From NCBI RefSeq assembly GCF_006345805.1, contig NC_043010.1, positions 52,514,001-52,578,000 of the forward strand: a stretch of 64,000 bases of DNA. The letters run 5' to 3'. The position numbers and the translations under genes are program-made. Numbering within the stretch: position 1 is the stretch's first letter; each line of letters starts with the position of its first letter. The DNA comes from Octopus sinensis. Lineage: Eukaryota. This document shows positions 61,635 to 64,000 of the stretch, piece after piece. The notes beneath the pieces were generated by a model, which saw only the letters and a list, made by a program, of their open reading frames with translations, was not told the DNA's origin and made no database searches.

Positions 61635-62515
61635 GAGGTCTGATCAATAAGTATCCGGACTGTTGCCATAGTAACGAAGTTAAAGCACACAGAGTGAAGC
61701 CACTTGGCACAGATTGACCTCAAACTCTGATGTGCATGTGCACTAAGTTTTAATGTTCTAGCTCACTTCTGTTGTTTACAGTAGTGTCTGGAAGTAACGT
61801 GTGATCGATTGACCATGACGGAGGAAGTTGAGCAGAGAACATGCATCAAATTTTGCCAAAAGCTTGGTGATACCTGCTCAGAAGCCTATGTACAGTTTTC
61901 AGAACGTTTTCATTGGCCTCGACACAATCAAGGAGATCTTGTGCGACTGAAACCCGTGTCTTTTTTGGTCAGCTGAAAGCAGTTTTGGTATACACTTGGT
62001 AGATACACATCTCATACCCAATTATTCAGTGATAATGGACTGAACTGAACCGTAACTAATCAGCACATCTTCTGATAACTCACACATGGTATTTCAACGA
62101 TTTCCTCTCACAGCTGCACGCACATCTGCGATGTTTTACTCAGTACTGCTGGATGCTGATCTCTCAGAACTTTCGTCACTATCGATATTTCTTCGGTCAT
62201 CTTGGAAACGTCTGAATCACTCGTACAATTGTGTGTGACTCATACACCCCTCTCAGTACACCTTCTGCTACTTTACATAGGCCTCTGAGCAGATATCGTC
62301 GTGACAGCTTCTTCTGTCATGGTTAATGCAATGATCACACGTTACGCACGTTTTTTCCAAGCACTGCTGTAAACAACGAAAGTGAGCTGGAACATTAAAA
62401 CTCTGCTGTGCATGCACAGCAGAGGCCAAGGTGAATCTGTGCCAAGCGGTTTCACTCTACGTGGCTTAGCTTCGTTACTATGGTAACAGTCCGGATACTT
62501 ATTAATCAGACCTTG
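61634..62515. mobile_element. Mariner derivative made of two inverted 5' ends
   Basis: TIR CGAGGTCTGATCAATAAGTATCCGGAC at both ends; plus strand MTEEVEQRTCIKFCQKLG, minus strand SYGSVQSIITE*LGMRCVSTKCIPKLL. Confidence 0.85.
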
Positions 62516-62518
62516 GGT

Positions 62519-62752
62519 AGGCGGCGAACTGGCAGAATCGTTAGCATGCCGGGCGAAATGCTTCGCGGTATTTCGTCTGTCGCAACGTTGTGAGTTCAAA
62601 TTCCGCCGAGGTCGACTTTGCCTTTCATCCCGTTGGGGTCGATAAATTAAGTACTAGTTACGCACTGGGGTCGATGTAGTCGACTTAATACCTATGTCTG
62701 TCCTTGTTTGTCCCCTCTGTGTGTAGCCCCTTGTGGGTAATAAAGAAATAGG
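62519..62752 (+). mobile_element. SINE family A at the mariner terminus
   Basis: Match to 236-466. Confidence 0.9.
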
Positions 62753-62782
62753 TATGCATGTATGTATATATATATGTGTGTG

Positions 62783-62831
<49 letters not shown>

Positions 62832-63147
62832 ATATATATATACATATACGCACACACATAATTGAAAGGAATGATAACGTATCTGTATAGAAGAGAGTTT
62901 TAAAATATGTAAATTTAGCAGGAAACCAAGAGAATCCGCAGATCAAAAGTTGATGGTCATTTCTCATGGACAGCTACATATCCTGACAGATGCTGTTGCT
63001 CCGAGTCTTCAAAGCAATTTAACTTACAAATAACCAGGCTGGTAATGCAGAGAAATATATGATTAATGTAATTAATTATTTAGATAAGGACTAACGACGC
63101 GTATGATTCTAAGGCACGAAGATAGAAACAGCTGATGAGGAAGTTAA

Positions 63148-63367
63148 CTCTTTTGATACTAACCCGGTTGAAACCGGCTCTGGCTCTGTGGTAAAATGTC
63201 TTGTTTTCATAAGTTTTGAATTAGAATCTTCCACGAAACCTTAGTCACAATTTATGCTCCTAACACTAGCTCAATGATGACTATGTTATTTTACTAAATT
63301 CTTTGTTATATTTAAAATAATTGAAAGAAACACAAAGCATCTCAACAAAAATATGGTAACAAAAGGG
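63148..63367. mobile_element. piggyBac-type MITE, inverted relative of 32029-32249
   Basis: TTAA|CTCTTTTGATAC...GGTAACAAAAGGG; interior is homologous in reverse; the right TTAA is missing. Confidence 0.8.
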
Positions 63368-64000
63368 ACACAGTCGGGTGAGCAAGGAGTAGAAGACGTA
63401 CGAAGATTCCAACCTGGACAGAACATTGATTTATGGTAAAAAGAAATGATCTGAAAAAATAGATGGACGCTGAAGGTTATAGCCTCCCTTTGGCGGTTCA
63501 GAAGATAGTGGGGACTCGATGAGTTGTTTATTACAGGGATTGCATCGAGTTCTACTACTAAGGCATTTCTGTTTTAATGACTGAACAGCTAATTTTGATA
63601 GAGTTCTACTGTCTATTATGCAGGACACATATACTACGCTACAACTCAGACAATGACCATTTAGAAGGCATTTTTATATATCCTATAGTTGCATTTCATT
63701 TTTATCTGCTACCAAACTGTTATCGCCTTTTGTTTTAATATAGTTATGATCCCTATCGATAGTTAAACTATCAAGCAAAAACCATTATTTCATCTGTTCT
63801 GTTTTGTGTTGTTACTGCTAGGACTTGCATTTTTACCTATGCTATTATGGCCATCGTTATAGTCTAGAAGAATAAGTGCATCATTGTTCCTAGTATGGTT
63901 GCTACCATTAAAAGAATTACCATGGTTGTTGTTACTCGTATTTTTATTTCCTGTGGTATTCCTGACAGAACAAAAATTTTGCAGATTTCCAGTCCATCCT

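Noticed and set aside
63128-63147. CTGATGAGGAAG next to a piggyBac MITE
   Set aside because: No GAAA or stems are recoverable after removing the MITE.

Overview
AT-rich, microsatellite-dense animal genomic DNA with one 100-N gap (6801-6900). The repeat content is what I would expect of an octopus or other coleoid cephalopod; this is an inference from the SINE and LINE types, not a database match. I recognise no conserved host gene. Most ORFs in the supplied track are microsatellite or SINE read-throughs. The window is a nest of mobile elements: three tRNA-SINE families (30+ copies); R4/Dong-type RLE LINEs sitting in (TAA)n, one near full length at 23303-27126; remnants of Tx1/L1, HERO-like, RTE, CR1 and Penelope-like elements; several minimal type-I hammerhead ribozyme motifs; mariner relics; TTAA piggyBac MITEs; non-autonomous Helitrons; and long foldback elements. 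The most notable observation is a 2.3-kb ORF1-only (half-LINE, HAL1-like) element at 7651-9925. It has an intact 396-aa zinc-knuckle ORF, 198-bp 5' monomers and a ~15-bp target-site duplication inside the tRNA head of a SINE. Its 3' tail resembles those of a Tx1-like LINE fragment (31660-33560) and of SINE family A, which suggests one autonomous LINE with two kinds of passenger. There are also two similarly built minus-strand exons (20134-20471 and 47400-47764) that could encode small proteins with a hydrophobic N-terminal segment. All alignments were done by eye.
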